From the human T2T-CHM13v2.0 reference genome, Homo sapiens, in NCBI RefSeq assembly GCF_009914755.1, contig NC_060933.1: DNA of 64,000 nt. One strand, 5' to 3'. A model generated the notes under the pieces. It was not told where the DNA came from. It did not search any database and was given only the letters and a program-made list of their open reading frames with translations. The translations under genes were made by a program, and so were the position numbers. Shown here one piece after another: positions 39,891-53,328 of this stretch. Position 1 is the first letter of the stretch, and every line of letters starts with the position of its first letter.

Positions 39891-40010
39891 GTTACTGGTA
39901 AAAAGCTACTAGAAAGGGGGGAACTGAAACGTCGATACACTATAATTCCACTCAATAAAATTTCAGCCAGATGTATTGCACCAGAAACTCTGAGAGTTGC
40001 TCAGAATCTT
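39891..40010 (+). CDS. SMC2: SMC2 exon 14 (hinge)
   Basis: TTGTAG|[24 protein letters not shown]...AQNL|GTAAGT; 120 nt. Confidence 0.95.
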
Positions 40011-41346
40011 GTAAGTCTCATTTTGTCTTATTTATATGTTTAATCGTCATCTGTGGTTTTTTTAAGTTAGAAGACATTAATTTTGAGGGACATAATCATA
40101 TGCAGAACCACAAAATTAAAATACAAAAAAATTGGGTTGGCTTGTGCAATTAGATGATAAGAGAATAGAGATGTTGGAAGACTTGAACTCCTTTTGATGC
40201 TTCACTTTGTGGTATTAGAATGTCCTTTTTAACCTTAAGTCACATGACTATCAGGTGATGGTGAAAATTACACTCTTGATTCCTGAATGGTTAGAACTGA
40301 GCTTCTAGATATGTACCCCAAATTCTTCAAGTTTTTGTTTTTGTTTCTTTTTATGTCAGGCATACTAAAACTGCCCACAGTCACAGCCATTATGGAAGGC
40401 CTTCATTAGTATTGCAGTGATGCTTCTTTATTAGAGTTCTTCTAGATTGCTATTCAGCCTGTGCAGGTACATAGCAGGTGACCAGGATCCCATTCAACTG
40501 CTGACGTTGATCTAAAGTGACATGCTTGCTAGTAAGAAAATAGATTAGTACAAGGAAATACATTTAAAAGTTATTGTAGTTGTGTAATACTGTAAAAACA
40601 TGAAGTCAGTCATAACATTCAGCTGTAATATCAGTTTTTTTATTGATCAGACATTCCAAGTACATCAGTTGAAAAGACATTTCTATGAAACTTAAAAATA
40701 TACTTGTAACTAAGTGGATGTTGTTGTATCCTTAGTTACATTCAGAAGATTTCAATGCAAATGATTTCAAAATACAGTTGTGTTGATATGTATACTATCA
40801 GGAGAGGGAGGATGAGTGCTGAGTAATTGAAAGGTGATGTTTTTGGTTGGTACTTTCTTTACTTGAAAACTCACCATTAAGTCAAGAAGGCTCAGGAAGT
40901 TAATTCAGCCATACATCGAGTCCCAGCATTAGAAGGAAATTGGGATTTCAAGTAACAGCAAAAATACTTTGCCTCAAATCCTTTAGCCAAACCTATTTGA
41001 TGGTAGCTGCCACATCAAAGAACAATACTGAACATGTGTTACATAGAGCTTCCTTCATTGTGACTGCCACTGCTGATACTAAGCTCTAAAAGAGATGCTT
41101 AGTTTTTCTTAAATGATGGGCAGAGGTAGCCTCTATAAACAAAGGCTGAGAAGAAGCATTGTGATCAAAATAGAGGACTGGGGATTTTTTAAATTACTTT
41201 TACTCTCAGTTATTGTGTTTTCATTTCTGTAACTGGCAGACGACTGCTCTAGCATGTTTCATTTGTATGAGAAAATATTTGTTGTGAAATCAAATTCCTG
41301 ATTATTGAAACAACATTTTCATATAGTTGTGTTGATCTGGAAATTA

Positions 41347-41526
41347 TAGGTTAAGCACTCCAAGTCCAACAACTGAAATTTTCCAAAATTCAAAACTATG
41401 ACACCCAAAAAATGCTCATTGGAGTATTTTGGATTTAGAAAGTTCAACCACTGTAATACAAATATACCAAAATCTGAAAACAAACACTTCTGTTCTAAGC
41501 ATTTAGGATAAAGGATACTCAATCTG
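41347..41526. mobile_element. Tigger4a/MER46-type MITE
   Basis: AGGTTAAGCA.. start and GGATAAAGGATACTCAATCTG|TA end; CCAAAATCTGAAA motif. Confidence 0.7.
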
Positions 41527-41857
41527 TACTATAATTAAAGTTGTGTCCAGTCAACGTTGGTGAAGGACACTTAGAAACATGGTAATGGCTCCTTATTGAT
41601 AGAAACTTTCATAATGCTCCATACTAGCTATTAATAAATATTTTACTTAGCAATAAATCTTTCAGTATTTAAACCTGCAGTTTTTTTTTCCTGAAACTTT
41701 GAGTTTTACATAGCTTTTTAGAAAATTCAGAAAGAGTTTTAATGCTAGGTAAGTATTATTTAAGTTTCTATTACAGCAGTTTTTACTGGTTTATAAAATC
41801 ATATCTGAAAGGAAAAGTAGTAGTATGTACTGTGGCATATCTGTTGTTGTCCCACAG

Positions 41858-42062
41858 GTTGGCCCTGACAACGTTCATGTGGCTCTTTCCTTGGTTGAAT
41901 ATAAACCAGAACTTCAGAAAGCAATGGAGTTTGTCTTTGGAACAACATTTGTTTGTGACAATATGGATAATGCCAAAAAAGTGGCCTTTGATAAGAGGAT
42001 AATGACTAGAACTGTAACTCTCGGAGGTGATGTGTTTGATCCTCATGGGACATTGAGTGGAG
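41858..42062 (+). CDS. SMC2: SMC2 exon 15 (hinge GX6GX3GG motif)
   Basis: CCACAG|[13 protein letters not shown]...[16 protein letters not shown]|GTAAGT; 205 nt. Confidence 0.96.
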
Positions 42063-42397
42063 GTAAGTTTTATATCCTTTTCTCCTCACAATTCTTTGTG
42101 GTAAATAGGAAGATGCCTTTTTTAAGTACATTTTTAGCCCAACTACCCACTTCTTCAGGAAACATGTTAACTTCTCATTTGTGTGTTTGCCAGTGCCACC
42201 TACCTCCTGTCAAAAGTAAAACAAAAAATTAAACCTGCCCTTGAAATGGTACCTTAATGCCTTAAAGGAATTCTTAGACAGTGATCATATTCTTCTTGGT
42301 CTAGTATTTGCCACACTGAGTTTGCAGATCTTTGTCAAGACAATAGAATAACAAACACTGAATAATATTTACTGTATACCAGACAGTGTTCTACACT

Positions 42398-42575
42398 ATG
42401 CTGTCCAATACAGTAGCCACTAGCCATATGTGACTTTTTACATTTAATTAAGTTAAAAGTAATTTCCTTGGTTGCATTAGTCACATTTCAAGAGCCCATA
42501 ATCACAAATGGTTAATGGATAATTCGACAATGCAGATATAGAACATGTCTATCATTCTATAAAGCCCTATTCTAT
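42398..42575. mobile_element. MER3/MER33-type hAT-Charlie MITE within a MIR
   Basis: GCTGTCCAATACAGTAGCCACTAGCCATATGTG...TAGTCACATTTCAAG; MIR-like sequence follows at ~42590-42750. Confidence 0.7.
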
Positions 42576-43713
42576 GGGCTTTAAATAAGAATTAGTTCTT
42601 AATAACAACGATGAGGTAGGCATATTATTATGATCTCTAATATACAGTTGCAGAAATGAAGATACAGAGTGCTTAAATAACGCACTACAGGGTGGCAGAG
42701 CTTAGAATCTGAATCCCAGCAGTCTGATTTCATAGTTTGTGTTTTTAACCCAGTAGACGGCATAAAGCCACTTGAGGTATCAAGTGACTTAATGTTGCTC
42801 TCGGCCATGAAAACATTAGCCGGTTCAGTGAATTCCATGACTAGGTATCAGATTCTCCAGTACACAATCAAATGACTAGTATCTGCAAATGGAAGATAAA
42901 AAGAGACTGTGTTTTTAAATGTCTACAAGAGAAGAAACTTTTTAGATTTTGTTGATTCAGATGCTTTTGAAGTTTTTACTTATAGGATATGAAATAAGTA
43001 ACCCCGTATTTTAATTACAAAGTGTTTAAAAGCATTTTTAATTGACCTTAGCATTCTTCCATCAAACCTGTGGAGTTTCTTTGTCAACATAATACCTCAA
43101 CCTGTGACTGCCAGATAGTTATAGTTGCATAATGTGAAATCGGCTTATTCTGCTTGCCGTGCTGTATCAGAACTTAGGTCAGCCCCGAAATCTTAGCTTA
43201 CAACAAATTTATTCCATGTTTATGCTACATCTGCTGCAGATCAGTTGCCTTTCTGCTCAGTGCTATTCTCATTCTGGGACTCAGTGTGAAGGAGTAGTCG
43301 TCTCTGTCTTGAACATATTTTTCCCATGGCAAACGGAAAGCAAATGGTGTACTGCCTCCTAAAGCAAATTATGTACTGCCTCCTAAAGTTTACTTTCAGA
43401 AGAGACACATTTCCCCATTTCATTGGCCAGAGCAAATCACGTAGGCAAGTCCAGTGTCAGACGATGGAAGATGGGCCCAGTAGACAAGGCAGTGGTTATT
43501 TTGAATAAATAATACCTACTACAACCTCTTGGATCTGTTATGAGTTCTCTGTGTTCTAAGGTTCAGGTGATGGAATGAATTCCATGGCTTCATAAGCTCA
43601 TTAAAATATTTACTATTGAATCAATTTGAGTATAATTCTCTTAGAAGACTTTTTATTGTGTAGTACATACCTGGTAACAATGTGGAAGACCTGTTTCAAT
43701 TTGCCTCTATCAG

Positions 43714-43849
43714 GTGCTCGATCCCAGGCAGCTTCCATTTTAACCAAGTTTCAAGAACTCAAAGATGTTCAGGATGAACTGAGAATCAAAGAGAATGAGC
43801 TGCGGGCTCTAGAAGAGGAATTAGCAGGTCTTAAAAACACTGCTGAAAA
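43714..43849 (+). CDS. SMC2: SMC2 exon 16
   Basis: TATCAG|..[15 protein letters not shown]...KNTAE-AA|GTAAGA; 136 nt. Confidence 0.95.
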
Positions 43850-44494
43850 GTAAGAACTGCATATACTTTTTTTAATTAAAGATTTGCATAGTAGAAAATG
43901 ATAGAAAATTTACTTTTATTTCAAGAAATACAGCTTCTGACTTTTCTCATATTTTTGGTTTTATTTAAAATGTTTGATTAAATTGTGAGTTGATAACTTA
44001 CCATTTATCCATTTTTTTCTCATAAGAGAGATGTCTTTGTTAAGAAATTAGCAAAATCTATTTAAGCAAAACAAAACAAAAAAATCATTCAAATATTCCA
44101 TTCTCTCTGCTGAGAAATAAACTAGCACTTGGCTAGGGTTGCTGGGGAAACCCTTCGACACTCTGGCGTCTGATACCAGAGGATACTTGATTTCTTGATT
44201 TGACATGAATATGATACAGTATAGCATTGATCAGGTGCCCACAGTAAGTTTAATAGCATTGTGGCTGTCCTACATATATCAAGGATCTGCTAGGTTGCCT
44301 AGTGAGCAGGTAAACAAGTTCATGTCGAATATCAGCACTAAAATTTCAGTGTTTCCTTACAGTATTTCTTCTGTGTAGGTATGGATAAGATATGTATATA
44401 CTTTCCAACATCACTTCTATTTTTGTATAATAGAGGTATATGTGAATTTTTATTTTTTCAATATTGGGATCATGCTAATGTAACCTTTTTGTGT

Positions 44495-44830
44495 CAGTCA
44501 GTAAACATTTATTGAGTGCCTCCTGTGTGCCACATACTCTTCTAGGGGCTGGGGATCAGATAAATATCCCTGCCTTCATCTAGTTTTTTCTTGTTGGAGA
44601 AGCGGATGATAAAGAAAGATAAATTGGTAAAACATGTTACTAGTTCTAAGAAGAACAAAGTAAATCAGGAAAGGAGATAGGAGCTATCTAGGGCAAAGAC
44701 ATGTTAAAATTTTATATTGGGTGGCCAAGAAAAGCCTCACTGAGGACATGATTGTTGAGTAAACACACGAAAGAGTGAGTGAACAAGAGTGAGTGAACTG
44801 GCTCTGTGGTTATCTGGGAGAATAGTCCCC
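44495..44830 (-). mobile_element. L2 3' fragment
   Basis: CAGTCAGTAAACATTTATTGAGTGCCTCCTGTGTGCCA...GGGCTGGGGAT. Confidence 0.75.
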
Positions 44831-44897
44831 ACTTGAATTGAAAGCTTCATAAGTTAAAAGAGCTACAAACTTAACAAAGTGCATTGTTTGAAAGTTT

Positions 44898-45192
44898 GGC
44901 CAGGCCTAGTGGTGCACACCTGTAATCGCAGCACTTTGGGAGGCTGAGGCGGGTGGATCGCTTGAGCTCAGGAGTTCAAGACCAGCTTGGGCAACATGGA
45001 GAAACCCTGTGTCTGTAAAAAAACACAAAAAAGTTAGTCAGGCGTGGTGGCATGTGCCTGTGGTCTCAGCTACTCAGGAGGCTGAGGTGGGTGGATTGTT
45101 GGAGCCCTGCAGTTCGAGGTTGCGGTGAGCTGAGATTGTGCCACTGCACTCTCTCCTTGGGGACAGAGTGAGACCCTTTCTCAAAAAAAAAG
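44898..45192 (+). mobile_element. AluJ-like, intron 16
   Basis: Sense Alu dimer with CTTGAGCTCAGGAG and A-tail. Confidence 0.94.
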
Positions 45193-45474
45193 AATTTTTT
45201 TTTTAAAGTTCAATTGTTATTTTTTCCAGTATCTCTGAAGATGACAAATAGGGACTGATTTAAAAAGATTTTATTCAGAATTCACAATACTGAATACAAT
45301 TTAAAAAATCTAAATAAATGTTGAAATGATTATTTTTGGGTATGTTTTTAGCATTCAATTTCTGTAGTTATGAAAGCTTAAAATGGCACCAAGACTTTTG
45401 AGGACACTAAATATGAGCAAGATTTTCATAGTCAGGATGGCCATTCAGAGATATAAATTGAATCAGAATTTGTC

Positions 45475-45680
45475 TTTTTCTTTTTTTTTGAGACGGAGTC
45501 TCACTCGTCCAGGCTGGAGTGCAGTGGCCCGATCTCGGCTCACTGCAACCTCTGCCTCAGCCTCCCAAGTAGCTGGGATTACAGGCACTTGCCACCACAC
45601 CCGGCTAATTTTTGTATTTTTAGTAGAGATGGAGTTTCACCACGTTGGCCAGGTTGGTCTCGAACTCCTGGCCTCAAGTG
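45475..45680 (-). mobile_element. Partial Alu (truncated, internal deletion), intron 16
   Basis: PolyT + GAGACGGAGTCTC...TAATTTTTGTATTTTTAGTAGAGA...CCTCAAGTG. Confidence 0.92.
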
Positions 45681-46794
45681 TTCTATCCTTTTTACTTTCA
45701 AACATCACATACATGTAAAGGCCTGCATTTTACCTTCATGAATATAAATTAACCATAGAGTAAATGAATTTTTTTCTGTGAGAAGAGTAGAACAGAATTT
45801 TTCTGTGATATGTGGAAGCTCTAACAAGGTGATGAGTTTGTAGTTAGTTACATTTGGCTTAGAACTGTTAATTTTGTTCAGTAGTATTGGATCATTTATT
45901 CTGCAGAATTGAATTCTTTGCTATTTGTGACACTGAGGTCAAGGAAGGAAAATAGATTTTGAAAAAAATGAGAATGGTGGAAGAATCAGCTAAAGCCATT
46001 GTTTCACACCATATCAGGAAAGTAACATCTTTTAAACAAATATTTCTACATTCCACATTTTTAAATTAATTTGAAGTTAAAATTATTGTTTTAAGTACTG
46101 TCAAGTATATCTTCAGGCAAGAATACTCAAGGTAGTATTTATATTTTATAAGTTTTGTTTTTTTTTTTTCCTCAGACCTCATGATTTCTAGTGACAAGGT
46201 ACTTTGTGAATTTGTATTAACTTGAAATTTCACTGCAACTGAATTAGCTAAATACCTTTCAAAAGAAATGACTAAGCAGCCAGAACAGGGATAGAATTAC
46301 AAAGTTTTCAAGAAAGTGCATTTTAAACAACTAAGTTCAAAACTATTTTTCTTACACTAAAAGTAGGGAACATTATTATTATTTTTAACATTTGAAAATG
46401 AGGTTAATAAATAGATAACTACATTTTTGAAATTTTATGTAATTGTTATAATTAATCATTTTTCGTGGTGAGTAGTTGGTTTGATTTTTTTTTCTTTTTA
46501 GTTAGCAAGAGGGATTATTTTTAAGGAAACCTAGCTGTTAAATATTTCTAATGTAAATAGTTGTTACAGATTTTAGTCATTTAGAGTTGTTCACCTTCAA
46601 TGACCAGATCTAAATTTGAATTAATTGGTGCCTCAGAAACTTGAAAGCTGTCAAAATTATTCCTGTAACCAGTAGCATCTTATATTGTTTATAACGTATG
46701 TGAGTTTATTTAAGGTAAGAATCTGAAGTTTGAATGTGTTTCTCAAATACCAGAAAAATGACAGTCATTTCTTACATGTTTCTGTTTTTGTAAG

Positions 46795-46919
46795 GTATCG
46801 CCAACTAAAACAGCAGTGGGAGATGAAAACTGAAGAGGCAGATTTATTACAAACCAAGCTCCAGCAAAGCTCATATCACAAGCAACAAGAAGAATTAGAT
46901 GCCCTTAAAAAAACCATTG
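46795..46919 (+). CDS. SMC2: SMC2 exon 17
   Basis: TGTAAG|.[11 protein letters not shown]...LKKTI-G|GTAAGA; 125 nt. Confidence 0.94.
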
Positions 46920-47781
46920 GTAAGATGAAAACAGTCCATGCTTAATCTCTGGTTTTATTCATATCCGTTACCTTACTTTAGGTATCTTCTCTACCTGTGC
47001 TATGTTTAAGATATATATGATGAAGTTTATTTAGGGAAAATCCAAGTATGGGATTTCTAGGTCTTAGGGTATGGTCATTTTCATCTTTATTGTATATCGT
47101 CAAAGGTCTGTTCGTTTTTACCAATACTCATTTCCACCAGCAGCATATGAACATTTCTCCAAGTTCTTTTTTCTCCAGACTTTTAAAATTTTCCAAATCT
47201 GTTGGTTGTGAAAAGATAGCATGCATTAGCATTTAATTTGCATTTCCCTAATTGCTGATGAAATTTGGGATCTTTTTTTGTATGTTCATTGGACCTTTGG
47301 GTTTATACTTGTGTGAATTTTCTGTTTATTTCTTTTGCCCATGGGTTGCTCATGGTTTTTTTCCCACTGTTCTCATGCTTAAGAGTCCTAATTTCCTGTA
47401 GGTTATGTGCATTGCAAATATCCTTTTACCATCTTTTTTGGCTATGTACTGGTCTTTTAATTTTGTGTTCATAGTATTTTTGTTTTACAAAAGTTTTTAA
47501 TATTTAGTGTAATTCACTTTATAGCCATTTCCCTAATTTTAAGATAGCTTATATGTTTTCCTTAGAATTTAATTGTATATGGTAGTTTAAATTTTTGTCA
47601 TTCATTAGGACAATATCCACACATGTGCTTCTCCACTAATATTTTAATAGTATTTTCTGCAGTGAAAAGTAGTGTAAGAAATTGTGCGGTAATGACTTCC
47701 AAGGTTATGTTTGCACCTGGGTCCTAACACTCACAATATACATCAGTTGTTACAGCAACACGTGTTCATTCAGTATTGCCC

Positions 47782-48073
47782 TTTTATTTATTTTTTTGAG
47801 ACGGAGTCTCTCTCTGTCCCCAGGCTGGAGTGCAGTGGCGCAATCTCAGCTCACTGCAACCTCCACCTCCTGGGTTCAGGTGCCTTCCTCAGCCTCCCGA
47901 GTAGCTGGGACTACAGGCGTGCATCACCACACCCAGCTAATTTTTGTATTTTTAGTAGAGATGAGGTTTTATCATGTTGGTCAGGATGGTCTTGATCTCT
48001 TGACCTCATGATCTGCCTGCCTTGGCTTCCCAAAGTGCTGGGATTACACAGGCATGAACTACCACGCCTGACC
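47782..48073 (-). mobile_element. AluS-like, intron 17
   Basis: Antisense Alu dimer. Confidence 0.94.
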
Positions 48074-48599
48074 TTATTTTTTTCTTTCACAGATTTGGGG
48101 ATGTTTTTCCTTTGCTGTATCCCAGGCATACTGTCATATTATTTGTCGACTTTAATGAGAAGTTCCCTGAATATGTATAAAATAGGCAAAGAACATAAAG
48201 TAAGCTTGTTTATGAAATTACACACTTTCTAGCAACTATAGAAAAAATACCATAGTTATACTGTTCTGGTTTTAGGAAGCATACAATTGCATTAAAAATA
48301 TGATCTGTGATTTTTTTTTTTTTTAATAGGTTGCTTCAATACCTTTGTAAAAGGATAGTTGTAGGTAAAGTTCAATTTCATAGCAAAAGAAATTATTTTG
48401 TTACAGATCTTTAGATAATTCAAGTATGGCTTTTGGGTAGGATCTGTGTTTCATTATACCATTTCTAGAATATCATTGGGATAGTTAATTTTCTTAAATT
48501 GTACCCTGTAATTTTCCAAACCATTTCTTCTATTAAAAGTTGAATTTGTCAACCTTTACCATTGTTAACTTAGCCACATTTGCTTACTTTGTGATGCAG

Positions 48600-48793
48600 A
48601 GGAAAGTGAGGAGACTTTGAAAAACACTAAAGAAATCCAAAGAAAAGCAGAAGAAAAATATGAAGTATTGGAAAATAAAATGAAAAATGCAGAAGCTGAA
48701 AGAGAGCGAGAACTGAAAGATGCTCAGAAAAAACTGGATTGTGCCAAAACAAAGGCAGATGCATCTAGCAAGAAGATGAAAGAAAAACAACAG
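48600..48793 (+). CDS. SMC2: SMC2 exon 18
   Basis: ATGCAG|..[11 protein letters not shown]...KEKQQ|GTAATA; 194 nt. Confidence 0.94.
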
Positions 48794-48959
48794 GTAATAA
48801 CTTCTTTTTGAAATTGAACCAACCTTTTAAAGTCAACATAGAGCTGAAGGTGGTAGAGCATCATTGGTTGACCTTATTCATCAGAATTGATCTCAGAATC
48901 TAAAAGGGAGCAGTGTTCTTTGGAAACAAATTATGCTTCTTACAAGTCAAAGGAGTATC

Positions 48960-49164
48960 CAGGATGAGCATCTCAAATCCAAAATACGAATTAGAAACTT
49001 TTTGAGTGTTGATCTGAGGCTCAAAGGAAATGTTCATTGGAGCAGATTGGATTTGGGATACTCAGTTACTCTGTATAATGCAAATATTCCAAAATCCAAA
49101 AAAAAAATCTGAAGTCTGGAAGACTTCTGGTCCTACACACTTTGGATAAGGGATATTTAATCTG
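48960..49164. mobile_element. Tigger4a/MER46-type MITE
   Basis: CAGGATGAGCATC start, GGATAAGGGATATTTAATCTG|TA end; similar to 41347-41526. Confidence 0.7.
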
Positions 49165-49624
49165 TATTTTTCTCTGAAAACCCTGCAATCGAGTGTTTCA
49201 TAGTTGTGAGTAGGGGATGCTAATTTTAAGGAAAGGGCAAAGTTGACGGTTGGTAAATGCTTCCTTCAAGAGTGGATGGCCTTTCTTCAGGAGTGGATTA
49301 TTTGATATTCTGGATGTCATATCAGAGATTCAGCAAGTTGACATTTTTATTTGATAAGCACCTAAATGAATGTGCACTGTGAGAGCATAATGGAAGACAA
49401 AGCATGTTATATTTACAAGGTGTCATTCAGTTGTAAACTGATGATACTTTGTTATATCTTTTAGCTAATGCCAAAGCTGGAATCTGAACCTAGGTTTTTG
49501 TCTCCAAAGGCTACGTTGTTAATCACTTTTATGCGATTTCACCTAAATATATTTCCCTCGCATTTTTTTTTAGCCCACTCTAAGATTCTTGTCATTAAAT
49601 AGCTGTAAAAAGTATTTTCTAATG

Positions 49625-49936
49625 CAGGGGTCCCCAACCCCCCAGGCCACAGACCAGTAACAGAGGAGGTGTGTGACAGGCAAATGAGGATTACTGCCTG
49701 AGTTCCACCTTGTGTCAGATCAGCTGTGGCATTAGATTCTCAGAGGAGTGCAGACCCTTTTCTGAACTGTGCATGCAAGGGATCTAGGTTGCATATTCCT
49801 TATGAGAATCTAATGCGTGATGATCTGAGATGGGGTGGTTTTATCCTGAAACCATACTCTCTCCCTGTGCCCGCCATATGGAAAAATCATCTTCCACAAA
49901 TCTGGTCCTCGGTGCCAAAAAGGCTGGGGACTGCTC
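49625..49936 (+). mobile_element. MER1B (hAT-Charlie)
   Basis: CAGGGGTCCCCAACC...GGCTGGGGACTGCTC termini; perfect 8-bp TSD TTCTAATG (49617-49624, 49937-49944). Confidence 0.9.
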
Positions 49937-50324
49937 TTCTAATGAACTGAAGGCTATAGTGGGAAAGAAGAATATTGAGAAACTTTTTACACATTGAACA
50001 ATTTTGTTTTTAAAAAAGCTTTACTTCCAGTAATTCATCTGTTACGTAGAATGTTATATTATTTTCCCTATAGGAATAAAGGATAAAGAAAATAATTTAT
50101 GCAGAGTTCTTTGAACCTATAAAAATTACACATACTTTTTTTTTTGATATAGGAAACTAAACTTCCTTTTCTGGGGAAGCAGCTTAACCTGTACTTTCGG
50201 TAGCTGAGTGGTAACAAAGCTGTGGGTCTTACTTGCATGAGATTATTATTTAATTGTTCTGTACATATTTGTTTTTCAGTAGTTAATAACCTATATGAAT
50301 ACCTGAATACTGTATTTTTTATAG

Positions 50325-50468
50325 GAAGTTGAAGCTATCACTCTGGAACTGGAAGAGCTCAAGAGAGAGCATACATCTTACAAACAACAGCTTGAAGCTG
50401 TAAATGAAGCTATCAAATCCTATGAAAGTCAGATTGAAGTAATGGCAGCTGAGGTGGCTAAAAATAAG
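50325..50468 (+). CDS. SMC2: SMC2 exon 19
   Basis: TTATAG|[12 protein letters not shown]...VAKNK|GTAGGA; 144 nt. Confidence 0.95.
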
Positions 50469-50969
50469 GTAGGATTTATTTATCAAATTCGAGAAATTGA
50501 AAATGCGAATCTTTTTATGAAACATTAGCTTAAGATGTTTGACTTTAGTGTTCTCAGTCTTTTCACTCGTCATCATGAGAGAATGAGGCACAAATAGCTT
50601 TTACTCATCCAGAATTGCCAGTTTTGGGATCACATAGGTCAGTCAGCTTCTAGCAGTCCCTCTTCTTCCTCACTTAGTTGATTCCATCTACATTACATCT
50701 AACAAAAAACGCTCTCATTTGCAGCATGAGCGTGCAGCATGAGCATTGTACCTCCCACCCCTTTTACCAGGGATGATCCAAGTTTTCTTCTGTGTATAAA
50801 TTGATTAGTCCTTTTAATGGTGATATAAAATATAGAGGGTTAGGTGATCATCTCTCTGCCTGTAATCACATTGCCCTCTTGCCCAGGGATCTGTCAGATA
50901 ATTGTTTAGTAAATTAAAATTATTTACATGTTACCTCACCACATATTTTCTTTAATTTTTTTGTTTTAG

Positions 50970-51164
50970 GAGTCAGTAAATAAAGCTCAAGAAGAGGTGA
51001 CCAAGCAAAAAGAGGTGATAACAGCCCAAGACACTGTAATTAAAGCTAAATATGCAGAAGTGGCAAAACACAAGGAGCAAAACAATGATTCTCAGCTTAA
51101 AATTAAGGAATTAGACCACAACATCAGCAAACATAAACGGGAGGCTGAAGATGGTGCTGCAAAG
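50970..51164 (+). CDS. SMC2: SMC2 exon 20
   Basis: TTTTAG|[14 protein letters not shown]...DGAAK|GTATAC; 195 nt. Confidence 0.95.
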
Positions 51165-52904
51165 GTATACGTTTGTGTGCATTTTTTATACTAAATCAAA
51201 TTTTTGTTACTGAGCTCTTGAAAAAATTTAGAAAACTGCTTGATAGAGAACTCTATAAATATAAATGGCAAAATTACAGCCTGGCATAAATTTGAGCTTG
51301 CAGCTTTAACTGCTTTTCAACAATGCTAATTTTCAACAAATTGCACAAATGTTTTATTTTTAGATTTAACTTTAGATATTTTTTCCCATCTACAGGATGT
51401 ATTTACCAAATGTTTAGTGGTCTCCCATGGAAATAACTTTTCACCTCCAAATGTTGATAGAACTAATTACTGATGTGCTAGTAATAATGATATATATTCT
51501 CTACCTTATTTCAAATTGAATTAAAAAACTCACAGAACTATATATACAGGTAATCTAAAAAAAGGACTGAATTGGCTTCCACATGTCTTTATGAGTGTTA
51601 CTGCTGTCAGTATTTGCAACTTTATAAAAAATCTGATGTTTTGCCAAGCAGCTATGTTTTTGAGGTTATCCCAGTTTCTTTCTTTCATGTGTCACAGCAC
51701 CTTTACTTCAGTGCTTTAAAGATAACACGTGCTTTTGCAGAAATTCATTGCTTGGTTAAGAAGCTGCATTCACATGGTATTAATAATTCATCTAGCATGT
51801 TTTCTTATGAGTGTGTAACAGTTTGGCACCTTTTTAATGTCCAGGATATTTTTTTTTAGCATCCTAAAAATACATGAACTTTAACTTCAGAAAGATCAAG
51901 AACATACAAAACAATCTCCCTCTCTTCTGAAAGAACTGTGGAACTTGATTTAAACAACATTTTTCATGGCTACATTATAATCTACCACTTTATTACTATT
52001 GATTTCCCATTAGCTTAGTGATAGTGGACTGACTGAAATACTACCAATGGCAATGTTACTGCTAATAGTTTTTTGGTAATTGAAAATGCTAGTACTGGCG
52101 ATTGCTAGGAGATTTTATTTACAAGAGTAAAAGGAGGGACTTGCAAGTGGGTCTGCTAAGAAGTCAATCAAAGATTTATACATACCTACCAGTATCAGAT
52201 ACTGTGCCAGGCACTGACAATGTAAGGATGAGCAACACATACGGGATGCTTTCAAAGAGTTTACAGGTCAAAAGGAAGATACACTAGAAATGATAATTGT
52301 ACTTTGGGGCCTACAGGTGAGACCATATCCATGGAATTAATACAAGTCAATAAATTAACAAGGATTGGATTCTGCCAGTGAGAATGAATCATAATTCTAG
52401 TAGAAGAAAGTCTTCTTTAGGCACTATAATTTGAACTGTATAATCAGTTGTATTACATGAAAAATTATTATACAGTGCCTTTTTCAATATACTGTGCCTT
52501 TTTCAAAAGGTGGGGAGCAGGATAGAGTCAATGTTTAGGGCAGTTTCTTAGAATATATTTCTGAGAGAAAAATTATTAGGTCTCAGTCAGCATTAGGCTT
52601 CCATGATTTTTACCAAATCTATGACTTAAGTATTAAAAGAGTTTTAGCTTCTCATAAGTTGTGTTTTGAAGCAATAGATTGAATTTGGTAAATTCTGAAG
52701 GAGTTCTACCTGACTTACATTTCATTCTAATGGAGGTGCTTTGCGTATACTTCGTAAAAATTTCTCTGTGAGTTGGCTCTTCTAATGCCAAAGTAATAGG
52801 AAGATCTTTTGCTATACAGTGTCTTGTTTCTGTAGTCTGTGTTCCAGGTAAAAATATTCATCTTTATTCTTGTCAGTAATGAAACTCATTTTTAAAAATG
52901 AGTC

Positions 52905-53202
52905 GCCTAGGCACGGTGGCTCACGCCTGTAATCCCAGCACTTTGGGAGGCCGAGGTTGGCAGATCACCTGAGGTCGGGAGTTCCAGATCAGCCTGACCA
53001 ACATGGAGAAACCCCGTCTCTACTAAAAATACAAAATTAGCTGGGCGTGGTGGTACATACCTGTGATCCCAGTTACTCAGGAGGCTGAGGCAGCAGAATC
53101 ACTTGAACCTGGGAGGTGTAAGTTGCGGTCAGCCAAGATCGCGCCATTGCACTCCAGCTTGGGCAACAAGAGTGAAACTCCATCTCAAAAAAAAAAAAAA
53201 AA
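52905..53202 (+). mobile_element. AluS(p/q-like), intron 20
   Basis: Sense Alu with GGGCAACAAGAGTGAAACTCC and A-tail; TSD AAAAAT(G/T)AGTC. Confidence 0.95.
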
Positions 53203-53328
53203 TTAGTCATTGAAGGTTTTTTCCTCTTCAGTATTTGATTCAAAAGTATTAAATAGTTAAGAAACTGGCTTATACATATTGGTTTGTAAACATTCATAGA
53301 TCTCCCATCTATTTTTATATGTGGCTAG

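Noticed and set aside
43340-43388. Short local tandem duplications (24 bp here; also ~44772-44798, 50721-50744, 52471-52506, 58905-58941)
   Set aside because: Ordinary two-copy slippage events, mostly inside old repeats; no spacer structure, so not CRISPR-like
43105-43525. Possible MLT1-type LTR fragment
   Set aside because: Too diverged to assign family or boundaries by eye
50967-50972. TAG-GAG tandem (NAGNAG) acceptor at exon 20
   Set aside because: A distal GAG acceptor is rarely used; the proximal site gives the expected 1197-aa total
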